This document shows positions 26,590-38,597 of a DNA stretch of 64,000 nucleotides, piece by piece. The position numbers were made by a program, and so were the translations under genes. Source of the DNA: Somniosus microcephalus (lineage: Eukaryota); the NCBI GenBank assembly GCA_052327205.1, contig CM126225.1, forward strand, positions 8,184,001-8,248,000. The letters are read 5' to 3'. The number at the start of each line of letters is the position of its first letter. Within the stretch, counting starts at the first letter, position 1. The notes under the pieces are model-generated. The model made no database searches, had not been told where the DNA came from, and saw only the letters and a list, made by a program, of their open reading frames with translations.

Positions 26590-27090
26590 TTCCAACTAAA
26601 TAAGGCTGAAGCAGGTTCTTGACCCGTGCTCGTGTGAAGTGGTATGCAGGTTTCTCAAAGTCCATTTTTCTTGCTTCCACGGTTATCTTTCAAATTGGCC
26701 TGTGCAGAATGTCTTTAAGAATCCTTGTGAATCTTGTCTTTTGTGATGAAATTCAATACAATCTGAGAATTGTCGGAGTTCTGCAATTTTGAATATGGCG
26801 CACTAATCTTGCCAACTTACAGAATTCCGTGAACTACAAAGATCTTGCCCAGATGCAGTATTATGTCTCAAGCAGATGCCACTTCCAAAATTTTAACTTT
26901 TGGAAACCTTGAGTAATCACTACAAACTTTAAGCTAGTTGCCAGAGAGGAAGAGTACTTTCTACCACGAATATTATGATGTTTCACAGGTGGTTTTCCCT
27001 CATTTTTGACTGGTGTTACATGGCAAGCCTGGCACAGCTTCACAGCTTCCTTTCTGATGCCAGGGAACCACACTCTCATGTAACAACAAC
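26590..27090 (-). mobile_element. Gypsy/Ty3 LTR-retrotransposon integrase remnant
   Basis: Degenerate translation VWFPGIRKEAVKLCQAC, DYSRFPKVKILEVASA*DIILHLGKIFVVHGI, AELRQF, LHTSTGQEPA. Flanks (~25000-27400) may belong to the same element. Confidence 0.78.
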
Positions 27091-27474
27091 TCCGTTATCT
27101 TCTCTCAAACTGAACTGCCAAAGTAGGATGGAGGACCCGGAATCAAACTTGTAAACGGCAAATATGAGAGTTGCTCATCATGAAGTTCTTTACAGAAATG
27201 CAAACTGGAATGTCAAGCGGAGGGAAAAATTGAGAGCGTATAGCAGGCAGCTTGGATGGGAAAGTCCACTCCAGTTGTACAGAAAATAGTAAAAATATCG
27301 GCATGGAAAGGCAGCAAAAGGGTGAAAAATAGCTAAATCAAGGGAATTCAAACTAAACTGTGTATCTTTCAAAACACACAAGTATAAGAAACAACATTTT
27401 AATACAGAAACAAATGGCAAAGAGCCTTCCAAAAAACATTGTTACAATTCATGCTGTCAGATAGCTTTCAATTT

Positions 27475-27850
27475 AGGGGTACAGTAGTGTGTGGTTGTGT
27501 TACTGGACTAGTAATCCAGAGTCATGGACTAATGACCCAGAGTTCAAATATCACCATGGCAGTTTTGAGAATTTGAATTCGGTTTTAAAAATCTGGAAAT
27601 TAAAAGCTGGTATCAGTAAAAATGACCAGGAAACTGTCGGATTATAGTTAAATAACTGGTTCAATAATGTCCTTTATCAGAAGGAAACCTGCCATCATTA
27701 TCTGGTCTGGCCAATATGCGACTCCAGTCCCACACCAAGGTGGTTGACTCTTAACTGCCCCCTGAAGTGGCCTAGGAAGCTACCAAGACAACCAAGATTG
27801 GGCAATAATTGCCAACGACGCCCACATAGAGAGAATGAATTTTTAAAAAG
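27475..27850 (+). mobile_element. tRNA-headed SINE, same family as 8572-8891
   Basis: TGGACTAGTAATCCAGAG..GAGTTCAAAT head (B-box-like) and shared body. Confidence 0.72.
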
Positions 27851-28068
27851 ACTGCCTTAAGGAACGGTTTCTGCTAATGTGGTACTGTGTTTAACCAAAC
27901 CTGCTCCTTTAATATGACAAAGTGTAACTGCAGAAGTGCAAAAATGCACTATTGCACCTGTGGGAAAGTGCTCCAAATAGACAAACTGTGTGGTCAGCTG
28001 GAGGCTAATTGCTGTTGACTTGGGAAACTTTATTGGTTTAAAAAAATACAATGCTCTCCATCCTCCAG

Positions 28069-28173
28069 AGATTCCACACAAGAGAATGATTCATTGCCCC
28101 CTTGGTGCTCTAGATCAGTAGCTGTTTGTGAATTCTTCAGGTTCTGCCCTTGGGGAAAGGCTTGTTCGTCGAG
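28069..28173 (+). pseudogene. Pseudo-exon EIPHKRMIHCPLGALDQ*LFVNSSGSALGERLVRR, module C
   Basis: Pyrimidine tract + CCAG| acceptor, GAG|GT donor, 105 nt, phase 1-1, one TAG. Confidence 0.55.
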
Positions 28174-29195
28174 GTCAACAGAAACAACGAGGAAATTATT
28201 TTGTTTCTTTCTCATTTAAAAAAAAACTCAACATTGTTCGCTTGTGATCTGTTGTTGCGTTATGAGTAAATCTGACCCAATCAGGTGAAAGTATGACTCT
28301 TTCAGGCATTATAGGCTAGATGCAAGCCATGAGGGAAGGATGAAGGCTGTAGGAAATTGATACACGTGCACCTATAGAGCACTGTCTCCTATTCGTAGTA
28401 TTCTAAACTTCTGAAAGCTTTCACAAACATCTAAATTACCTTTTCAGCCTCTAGATGTTCACCAAAAATTAATGGAAGTACAACAGCCAATAGCATCTTG
28501 AATTCAGTGCAACAAAAAAAATTTCAGCGTTCATTTCTGCTGCAAATCCATTGTGCTACTAACTGGAGATGTCATATTTACTTATAAATTAAGTGGATTT
28601 TCCTACATTGGAAGCTCAAGGATCACCAAAGCTGTCACTTGTACTGCAATACAGCATAATGGTGGACATGTGAAATGTTCACATCAACTGTGGAAAAAAT
28701 AAAGATTTTGTCCTGAACTTGGATAGAGTCTGAGAGACCATTTTGAGCTTTGCAATTTTACGACGAAGTACTACTAGTTACAAGTGTGTCACTGGTGGTA
28801 GTCACGTTGGGAGAAATTTGAAAGGATATTGGCTTATAAGATTTTTCCTATGGTTGACTAGTACCAGTGCACCAAATCAACCTAATAACAATGGGTCATT
28901 GTGGATGCATTTAGCAAATTAGAATTACAAAAAGATTTTTTTTTTTAAGCTTATTCATTGCTTCAATTTTACCTGTAAATTATTCCAGATTGCTTTGATT
29001 CACTGAACCGCAACAGCTTTCCTCATCCTGGTATAACACAGCTTTTTAATATAGGAATGAGGAGCAAACTCTCCCTCTGTCTGTCTGTACACAACACGTT
29101 TGGGAAGTTGTATTTGGACCACCAGCTCGCTCAGGCTTTAGGGTAATGAAATTTGGGAGTAATGTACTTCCAAAACTACAAACTTTTACTCCAAG

Positions 29196-29378
29196 GTGAC
29201 AGCTAGTGGCTACATATCAGTATTCTACCAACTCTTCCATTTTGCCAAAGAATGCTCCAGAAACAAAACATTTCCACAGGGAAAAATGCTGAAAAGCTGA
29301 TCAAATCCTGATGGATTAACAACGATTCCTGAAACTGCCGCATAACCTGCATCATCTTTCACGCTTTGAAAAAAATCT
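29196..29378 (+). pseudogene. Pseudo-exon GDS*WLHISILPTLPF..NAEKLIKS*WINNDS*NCRITCIIFHALKKI, module C
   Basis: Phase-1 start after CCAAG|. ISILPTL resembles the Mab-21 hDhhPAh strand, and NCRITCIIFHALKKI resembles MAB21L1 GCRKKCLSILKTL. Confidence 0.62.
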
Positions 29379-29526
29379 GTAACACCACATGCATCTTCCT
29401 AAAACTGAAGCACAACACTTCACATTCACAACTTTAAACAGAATGAACAGCTATTGCTGCAGCATGCTATATTTATATAATGGAACACAATGTCCTTGTT
29501 ATCAACTGGAGATTATTTCTCAATAG

Positions 29527-29668
29527 ATCTGCAATAATGGCACCGTCATTAATCCTTTTTTATCAGCATCGCACATCAAGGACACCGATCACAAGACTGT
29601 TCAGTATCCTCAACAGCAGCCGCTACTAAAAACAGAATTTGACCAGAATAATCTTCCTGCCATAAACT
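29527..29668 (+). pseudogene. Pseudo-exon ICNNGTVINPFLSASHIKDT..., module C
   Basis: CAATAG| acceptor, T|GTAAGG donor, 47 open codons. LSASHIK resembles the Mab-21 LSSYHLKT motif. Confidence 0.62.
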
Positions 29669-30734
29669 GTAAGGCAAAATCCGCTATAAAAAGAATAAAC
29701 AGCAGTGATTACAATGTCATAATTCAAACCCAGTATTCAGGTTACGATTGTATACTACCTGACTTTAGCGTTGAGAGTCTAAGACACCATCTGCAGTTCT
29801 CCGTCAGATTGCTGCTTTTTAGTCATTCCTATATTCACTGCCCTGTATATAATAAACTGGTTGGCCGCCTATCTATTCTGGACCACTTATTTCACCCTCT
29901 GCATTGAAATGTTTATCTTTAATTATAGCTTTAGAAGCTTTAAAGGAAGTAACTACAGAAACTTATTTTCCACACATTATAATTATCTGGTGCTGTGGCA
30001 CAGTTGATAATACACTGGACTTCTACTGAGTGACTCAGCCATTATTCAAAGGTTGTGGGTTCTTGTCCCTACAGAGTGTGATTTTATATTCATTTACCTA
30101 CATCAAAAATAAATTCAATAAATGGAAGACTTCATTCTTTAGTCATTCAATACAGAACACATCGAGATTCCGATAGGTCTGGGCTACATAGTGTAAATGT
30201 TTTACAAGCACCAGCTTGGCACAGCTCGTGGCAGGTCAGAAGGTTGTACAGCCTGAGCCCAACACTAGAATTTGAATACATGATCTAGGCTGACATTTCA
30301 GTCCAATACTAAAAGATTGCAGCATTGCCCGAGATGCTGACCTTCCAATGATGTTAAACCGAGGTCCTGTCTGCCTATTCAGGTGGATGTTAAAAGCTCT
30401 AATTGGAAGACTGTGGCGTTAGTATCCTGGAAGGATGAGATTAAATGAGCCGAAGGGCCTTCTGCATCCAAATCTATCTTGTGAAAATTAAAACAAAAAG
30501 ATCTGCGTTTAGAAGTCACAACCTAAACACTCCAACTAATGCCTATTATTAGATAAAATAGTACATGATGTAAATGAACTGACAAAGTTACACTTCAAAA
30601 AACCTGGTTTAGTAATTTTTGCACTTTGCTTCAAAACTTAAGACAAAGGCAAAGTAAAGATAGATACCAGAACAAAACAGGTTACTCAACCAAAGTCCCT
30701 TAAGTTGCTAATGTTAAATTCCAATTTATCCCAG

Positions 30735-30826
30735 ATCAGTACTTCAGAAAATGTCCCTGTGCAAGTTGCAGCAACATATCGTTTGTGTGTTTATTCACCC
30801 ATGTATGCTGAATTTTATGTGCAAAG
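30735..30826 (+). pseudogene. Pseudo-exon interrupted by the hAT element (resumes 33463)
   Basis: CCCAG| acceptor. One frame reads SVLQKMSLCKLQQHIVCVFIHPCMLNFM, resembling the Mab-21 C-terminal LxxCLxxxxLxHYFIPxxNL. Reading frame is ambiguous. Confidence 0.45.
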
Positions 30827-33454
30827 TAGGGTTGCAAAATTCTGGGAATTTTTAAAAGAGGAAACTTTCCATGGGAATTTTCAGGAATTTAGAATTTTTT
30901 TGCACACTGATGGTTTTTGTCTCTGACCCTTATATTATCTTTGTCGTCAAAATAGACATACTGTTCCATACAAATAAAAAAACAGGCTTTCAAAACTTTA
31001 TTTAGGTTATAATTTTGAACTTTATTGAACCCCCACAAAAAAGACCCATCTAAAATAAAATAAAAAGAGCGTCAGCTTATTTAGCCTGTAATTTGTCCTT
31101 ATTTTGTCCCCGAGTCTTCTACTCATCATTCCTCCTCCTGATTCTCTGACTCTGGCGTGTCCATTTTCTCCTCTGTATCAGTGTCTAGCTGTGTGGTGGA
31201 CACTTCTGTATCTGGCTCAATAAGTTGTAGGTTCGCCCGGATAGCCACCAGTTTCTCCACTCTCGTTAGTCTGCCTGTTGCACACCTTTGTATGCGTATT
31301 CCCAAAAAGTGACCAGTTTCGTTCAGAGGCCGCTGATGAAGGTGGGATTTGGAGTATCACCGATGCAATAGGTGACAGGGCCTCAGATGCACAAAGTCCC
31401 CTCCACCAGGTATGTGCACTGATATGCTTGCATGATTCCCATATCCCATCCCCATTCCAAAGACCTTGCTTGGTAGAGAACTTTGCCAGACTTCCCAGAA
31501 CTTTGCCCACGTCCAGATTGAGATGGTGTGAGAGGGTAGAAATCACACTGTAAGCGCTGTTGATCTGTTCTCCAGAAAGTATTGGTCTCCCAACATGCTT
31601 TGGGTCCAGCATGTATGCTGCAGCATGAATCGGCTTGACACAAAATTCTTGACACGTCTGTATGAATTGAACAATTGCCTTCTCCTCTGCTTTGAGCAGC
31701 AGGGATGTGGGTAGGGCAATGCTGATTTGTTCTTTTAAATCAGTAAAAAGCCTGAGAACATCTGACAAGACAGCGTCATCTCCTTCAATCTGAGCAATTG
31801 CAGAGGCTACTGGTGAGAGTAGTTTAAGGCTGCTAACCACTCTCTCCCAAAACACATCATCCAGCAGTATTTTCTTGATGGTGGTTTCCATATCCCCAGA
31901 CTGGGATATTGCCATTTCTTGCAGCGACTCCTTAACCTCCAGAAGGCTGTTGTACATTATGACAACACCACCCCATCTAGTGTTGTTGGGCAGCTTCAGT
32001 GTGGTGTTCTTGTTCTTTGTCATTTGCTTGGAGTTGTAGGTTGCTGCAACTACCTGTTTTCCCCTGACATACTTAACAACTTGCTTGGCTCTCTTGTACA
32101 GTGCTTCCATGGTTCTCAAACCCATGATGTCCTTGAGGAGCAGGTTAAGCCCATGAGCTGCGCACCCAATAGACGTAATATGAGGGTAGGCCTCCTCCAC
32201 TTGAGCCCAAGCAGCCTTCATATTCGCAGCATTGTCAGTAACTACTGCAAAGACCTTTTGTGATCCAAGATCGTTGATGACCGCTGCAACACAGTCTGCC
32301 ATCGCTATCGTTTCTTTGAGCTTTCCTTGGACTCTTATACTCAGCCTCCAGCAAATAAGTAGACAAAGCATGTCTGGTGGGAGGACAGTATGCAGGGTGA
32401 ACAACATTGAAAAATCTCTTCCAGTACACATTGGCTGTGAGCATGAGGGGTGAGCCTGTTGCATATACAGCTCGAGCAAGGCACTCATCTGCATTCTTCT
32501 GGCTATGGTTATCCATTGTATCAAAGAACCTTCCAAGTGGGCCAGGAGTTGCTGATGATAAGGAGCCTGATGCTGAATGAGAACCATCATCTTCTTGAAT
32601 GGAAGCAGAGGAACTCTGGGCTGACTGCTGTGAGCTTTGAGTGAAGTTGTTGCATTTGGATAAATGCTGCTGCATCTTTGTGGCATTCTTTACATATGGC
32701 TTTCTACAGTGTTTGCACATGTACACAGTCTTTCCATCTTTAATGCTTGGGGTAAAATGCTTCCACACATCCGACGATAAACGTGGCATTGTTCTATGCA
32801 GAGAAATAAAGGGCATTCATCTCTGTCGAACTGCGGTCGATCAGCACGATTGCAACAGGGTGGGTACATTTTTGCTGATGCTCCATGTGATGGAAGCATG
32901 ACCTGTACACACACGACGCTACATCACCAATAGTGTATTATTTTGTATATTTTAAATTGAAGGACAACAGAGTTCAACAAGTAACTGGTTTATTTGGTAT
33001 AAAGTCTGATTTACTTACTGCATCATCACAACATCAGCAGAAAACAAAATGACTTCCCTTAGGACCCCTAACCTGGATCTTAAAAAAAACTATAGCAGTC
33101 TTACAGATGCCTGCAGGCCAATCACAATTCGATATGCAAATATTACAAATAGGGGGAGCTAATCGCTCATCCAACCAATCAGGACACATTTGTTCACAGT
33201 CACACAGAAAACTTGTAATTATTAAAACAAGCCAAGTAAGAAGATAAACATATATTGATTAAGAAATTCCTTAATAATTAAGATTCCATCTGTTAGTAAT
33301 TTTGAGAGGAGACCTGTGGAAAAAAAATACAAAAAAAAACAATATTATGCTAGCATGTGCTTTTTTGGGCAAAATTCCCAAAATTCCCAAGCTAAACTTC
33401 CCGTGGAAAATTTCCGGAAATTTACCGGAAACTTTCCACCCCTTTGCAACCCTA
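30827..33454 (-). mobile_element. hAT-superfamily DNA transposon with both termini, defective transposase
   Basis: 12-bp TIRs TAGGGTTGCAAA (30827-30838; 33443-33454); perfect 8-bp TSD GTGCAAAG (30819-30826; 33455-33462); GGAAA/TTTCC-rich subterminal repeats. Confidence 0.95.
31126..32789 (-). pseudogene. hAT transposase (BED finger, DUF659-like, hAT C-terminal dimerisation), frameshifted
   Basis: MPRLSSDVWKHF..CKHC..HLSKC BED finger; VVTDNAANM, CAAHGLNLL, TRWGG and SAASERNWS motifs. Frameshifts at ~32335 and ~31262; the DGW catalytic segment is absent. Confidence 0.9.
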
Positions 33455-33470
33455 GTGCAAAGTGAATTCC

Positions 33471-35080
33471 AGAATTTTACATCACAGGAGATAGTAATTT
33501 GGCCCTGTGCTGGCTCTCAAAGAAATATCCACTTTGTCCCTTTCCCCCTACCCTTATAACTTGCAAATATTTATCTATTTCCCTTTTAGAAGCTATTATA
33601 GATGTTGCTTGCAACACGGTTTCTAGAACAGCATTCTACAAACCAATAACTCTGCATTACAACAGTGACTACACTTGGAAAAAAGTACTTCACTGGCTGT
33701 AAAGCACTCTGGGATGTCCGGTGGTCGTGAAAGGCGCTATATAAAATGCAACACTTATTTTCTTTTTTCCCCCCAAAAAAATCTCCTAACTCTCCCTTGA
33801 GCCTTTGTTGTTGATGTTAAATTTATACCCCTAGTTACTGACTCATGGAAACCATTTTTCCATATTTACCTCATCAATATCAGAATTCCTCGTAACTTTA
33901 TCTATTCTAATGAAAAGTGCACAATTTCTACAGTCTCTCATAACTAAAGCCCATCATCCCTGGTGTCATCTTAGTGAATCTCATCTGCACCCTCTCCAAA
34001 AGGACATCCTTCCAAAAGTAAGGTGCCCAAAACTGGACACAATATTCTAACTGCGACATAACCAATGATTTCTCTATGTTCAGCATTACCTCTTTGCTTC
34101 CATACTCAATGCCCCATGTGTAAGACCCAAGAAACAGTCCGCCTGCTATATATTGTCTTTACAGCTGTCGTCAACATTTCCTTCCAGTTTTAAAGATTTG
34201 TATCTCTAAAACCTTAAACTTCTCTGCTCCAATTCGGGTTTTACCATTTACTGTGTTTCTTCTCTATTCTTTCTCCAAAAATGTATCACCTTTCATTTCT
34301 CTGCATTCAATTTCATCTAAAGTATATCTGCCTAATCGTTCCATGCCCTCCTGAAGTCTGTTACAGACTTTCCAGTTAAACACACTCCCTTTTTGCTGTA
34401 AATCTCTGCCAACTTCAGTACTGTGCTCCTATGCTCAAGTCCAGATCATTTTATATATAAAATTGGAGAGCAATGGTCTCAACCCCGATTCCTGGCAGAC
34501 ACCACTCTTGACATCCCTCCAGTCTGAAAAATATCCATTAACCACTGCTCTGCATTCTGCCCCTTAACCAACTTCCTATGCAAGCGGCCACATTCCCTTT
34601 AATACCTTTTACAAATCCACATTGGTTGTCCTTGGAAGTCTTTCTAAGTAACTATTAATTTTATCCTGTATTATGGCCTGCAGAAACTTACCCACTACCA
34701 ATTCCTGGCTGATGTATAATAACCTGGTTTAGCCCTTTCTGTCCAGAGGTCTTACACTGGCAACCCTCCAATCCTCTGGCACAACTTCTATGTCTAAAGA
34801 TATTTGAACGGTTGTGGCCAAAAACTCTGCTGTTTCCTCTCTTAGCATGCTATCAGAGGTCAGTTCCTTTTTCACTGAGTTCCACCTTTTTTTTTAGTCT
34901 AACTTCCTTATCTATAGTTATCCTATCCAATTGCTCTACGTACACTTTCTCATGCCCACTACCACATTCTTCCATGAAAACTAAGGCAAAGTACTCATGT
35001 AGCATCTCTGCCATTCCTTCCTCAAGATTTCCTTTCTCATTTCCAATTGGCCCTACTCTTAATATTATTTTACTTATATT
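33471..35080 (-). mobile_element. Old CR1-type LINE with an inserted SINE tail (~33650-33760)
   Basis: Reverse strand LEYCVQFWAPY and other RT remnants. Confidence 0.7.
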
Positions 35081-36349
35081 TGTCTTATGTTACCTGCCAC
35101 TCAAAGAGTAATGTAAATTTGAGTTGTAGTGGAAAATGGAAATCTCTCAACATGAACTGCTGAGTCAACTGAAATTTTCAAAACTAAAATTGATAAGATT
35201 TTTGTTGCGCAAAGACATCAAGGAATATGGAGAAAATGCGGTTAAATCGAGTTGAGGTACAGATCAGACATGACGTAACAGAATGGTAGAACAGGATTGA
35301 GGGCGGAATAGCCCACTCCTGTTCTTTTTGTGTGTTCCGGGATATGGGCGTCGCTGGCAAGGCCAGGATTTATTGCCCATCTCTAGTTGCCCCTTGAGAA
35401 GGTGGTGGTGAGCCGCCTTCTTGAACCGCTGCAGTCCGTGTGGTGAAGGTGCTCCCACAGTGCTGTTAGGGAGGGAGTTCCAGGATTTTGACCCAGCGAC
35501 GATGAAGGATCAACGATATCCTTCCAAGTCAGGATGGCGTGCGATTTGGAGGGGAACTTTCTTGCTCCCCTTTATACTTTGTATATTCCACTTAATTTCC
35601 TTCTGTGCTCTTAGCTCTAGATTTGTCATATACCTTCAAGTCTAATTTGAATTTGAATTTCCCTACACATCCAAAAAGGACATGGCTAATGAATTACATT
35701 TTCCACTCCACCCAATCCCGAGTACCACTTGATCAGATGTAGCAACAGAAAGCTTGTGCTCAGCTGTGAAGCCCTCGGTGCTCAATTAAGTTCTGGATAT
35801 CACTGGCTAAGGCACACAAAACATGCCCACTAGGAGAAGGAACCAGAGAAATCATATTCCAACAAGAATTTGCATCTCCCGCAAGGCGGGGCAGGGGGGG
35901 GGGGGGGCGGGGGAGAAAACTGGAGGAAAAAAAAGAGGCCTTTCAGCTGTGTATGCACTGTTGGTGCAGTGTACGGGAATCATGCTCCATGCACCAGGCC
36001 AGCATACTTCTACTTACAATCTTTGCAATCATAATGGTCACTCTTAAAACAAGGCTTTGAAATCAGTCGTGTACAATGGACATCTGAACAATTACTGGAA
36101 AACAGTGGTTCCAAATTGAATGAGTATCAGCCCTACAGCTGTTGCAAGGAAAAGGGATTTTCATTCCATCTGTCTGGGATGAATATGCACCAAGGTCCCA
36201 GAGGTAAAAGTATAGTCTCAACCCACTTTACCACCCAGTCCCATAGTTAATCAGGACAGAATGAAAGATTGCAAAACCACAGCAATCCCCAGGACATACT
36301 CTTGAAATACATCACCTGTCTCACTTCAAATGTACCAGTATTAGGCAAC

Positions 36350-36510
36350 TGATAGGACAAAGAGCTATTTTATATCCTGTGTATTCTGAAGTGACAATTC
36401 AGCTACAATCTCTACACTGCAGAAACCCTGGTTATATCATTGCTGTATAATTTGAGAACAATGTCCGGTTTGTAGAGCTTAGCCCTTAGGCAATAAATGT
36501 GAATGCCCCA
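36350..36510 (+). pseudogene. Pseudo-exon remnant DKELFYILCILK*..TAETLVISLLYNLRTMS, start of module D
   Basis: Strong CCA|GTAAGT donor at 36511; helix pattern resembles the ITPRIP/Mab-21 spine; 5' end uncertain. Confidence 0.4.
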
Positions 36511-38340
36511 GTAAGTATTCCTTTCCTGGGTCTGCTAAACAAGTGGAGTCTGATCACACACTGTTGCAGTGGCTAAGGCATAAATTTATGGCTAATTAAG
36601 AGTTTCTGAACTTAATTTACATATTACATTCCCTCAACTTCATTTACATATTACATTCTCCAGGACTGCTCAGCATAAGGCACTCTGAAGCATCTACAGA
36701 GCAGTTCTACACAAACAGGAGATCTCATTCGGTTTCTACCAATGTGCAACACCATGCACTTATCGCAACTGAATTTCATCTGCCACAGTGGTGCTCACTG
36801 ACAAATTTTGGTCTCGGTCCTCCTGAAATTCCCGAGCTTTTTCATCAGACATCTCCATCTCTCCCTCCCCACCCACTAATTTATGATCTGCAAATTTGAC
36901 CAACTTGGACTGAGCTTCTGAATCCGGGTAGTTTTTATAGATTAGAAACAATAGGGCCTCCAGCACTGGCCCATGGGCCACTCCACTTAATACATATCTG
37001 CAGCCTAACATCACTCCCCTTAATAGTGTCTACTGCTTCCTCTCAGCCCAATTACTGAAAGACATCGGAGTCTTACCTGTGTGTAACATGGAATTTTGAC
37101 CCTAAAATACGACTATGCCGCCACTGTTATGCTCAAATTTCCGGCGAATCCCAATAGCATACACCCGAATGTAAAATGTGCAGAAATCAGCATAAATAAT
37201 CGGGGCCCAAGGGAAGCACCGAACTCGCACCATATATTCCTTCTTTAAGTATGAAAATTAAAGTTTCAACTCATTTAACCATCATTCATGCACATTAGGC
37301 ACAGCATGTTTAAGATCCTGCAATCGGAGAAGCTTTTGAATTTTTAAAGCGACTTATACCACTGCCATAAAAATGCATTCAAATAAACGGATTTTGGTTT
37401 AAACCTTTAGTCTATCTAGGATCTTTAGAAAAGCTATGTTAAAATCACCAAGTTTAGTTGTAGAAATTCCTGCAATAGGTGGCATAGTACTCGTGTCTCT
37501 AGTGGATACTGTCAGGAAGGAATCATTTAGTATATCAACTATTTTTAGTTCACCCTACATTTCAATTTAATTTGACACAGATCTCAACTCTTGCTCGATA
37601 ACTCTTGTTGTCAAAATATGGAAAGAATTTCTCAACTGTAAAAATCAAATGCAACAGTATGATTATTTCTAGTAGAAGTTGGTTACTTGCATAAGCATAG
37701 GAATTCACCAGTGGCCAGTTTCTAAAAGGCTTGCTCCTATTTTCTCTACCCTTTAGAGGGAACACTTGCTCGCCAGCTCATGGGTTCCTGATCCCTACTG
37801 GAAACTGCTTATGTGGACACTAGGTGAGGACAGGGTTGGTCTAGTCTGTGATGCACTTTACAGTAAAATAAAGTGGGAGATGGGGGTGACTCAGCCTTCC
37901 CACTCCCAATTGCCAAACAGTGCTCCCAATGGAAAGTAAAGCTTTGTGCATTTCAGGGGAGGACAGAACCAGGCTCAGCTGAGATCACCTTTATGATCAA
38001 ACAGCCTGCTGACAGTCCCCGCCTAGCCTTGTGCAAGAATAACACCCTTTTTGCAGGCGGGGGTCAGGATCATAGCACAACAGCCATCACGGCTTCCAGA
38101 AGAGAAATTGAAAGCTCACAAATACCAGTAAGTAATTATAGAAAGTGAAACTACACAAAGAATAAAGAAAACACTCAAACCCACAAAGCTGCAGAATTTG
38201 AAAGCATCCTCTTAGATACATGAAAAATAAAAATAGCATTACAAGTAGAGTCTCAAATGTTTAAAAAAAAGGTCTAACGGCCAAATCAGGACTTTCCCGC
38301 TTTCTCTTATTTGTTTTTGTTAATGAACTCTGATGGTTAG

Positions 38341-38535
38341 GTTGCAAGACATCCAAAATGTTCATGGGATCAGGAGTATATTTCTTCACACAAATTCCAC
38401 TGATGGCTTCAGGGTACTGCCCCTCTGCCAAGAGCTGTCTTTGTCTTGTTGCTTGTTATTCTTTCACAAGTCCTTCTCCAGGCTATGTTCGAAGCTCTTG
38501 TCTCCTGCGTCGTTTGGGAGATACTCATACAGAAG
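38341..38535 (+). pseudogene. Pseudo-exon CKTSKMFMGSGVYFFTQIPL..PSPGYVRSSCLLRRLGDTHTE, module D
   Basis: GTTAG| acceptor, AAG|GTGGTT donor, 195 nt, phase 1-1, fully open. GYVRSSCLLRRL resembles the GYLSxxK motif. Confidence 0.62.
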
Positions 38536-38597
38536 GTGGTTGAGGAGATTTGTCCCCCTTAAAAAAGTTAGAGTCTTGTCTCAATGGCGAGACCATA

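Noticed and set aside
28069-28173. Alternative frame VCEFFRFCPWGKAC resembling a CCCH finger
   Set aside because: No final His, and the phase is incompatible with the flanking exons.
38341-38430. MFMGSGVYFF..ASGYC resembling the PARP signature (MFGKGIYF..ANYC)
   Set aside because: Spacing is off, no other PARP motifs, and neighbouring exons fit a Mab-21-like order better.
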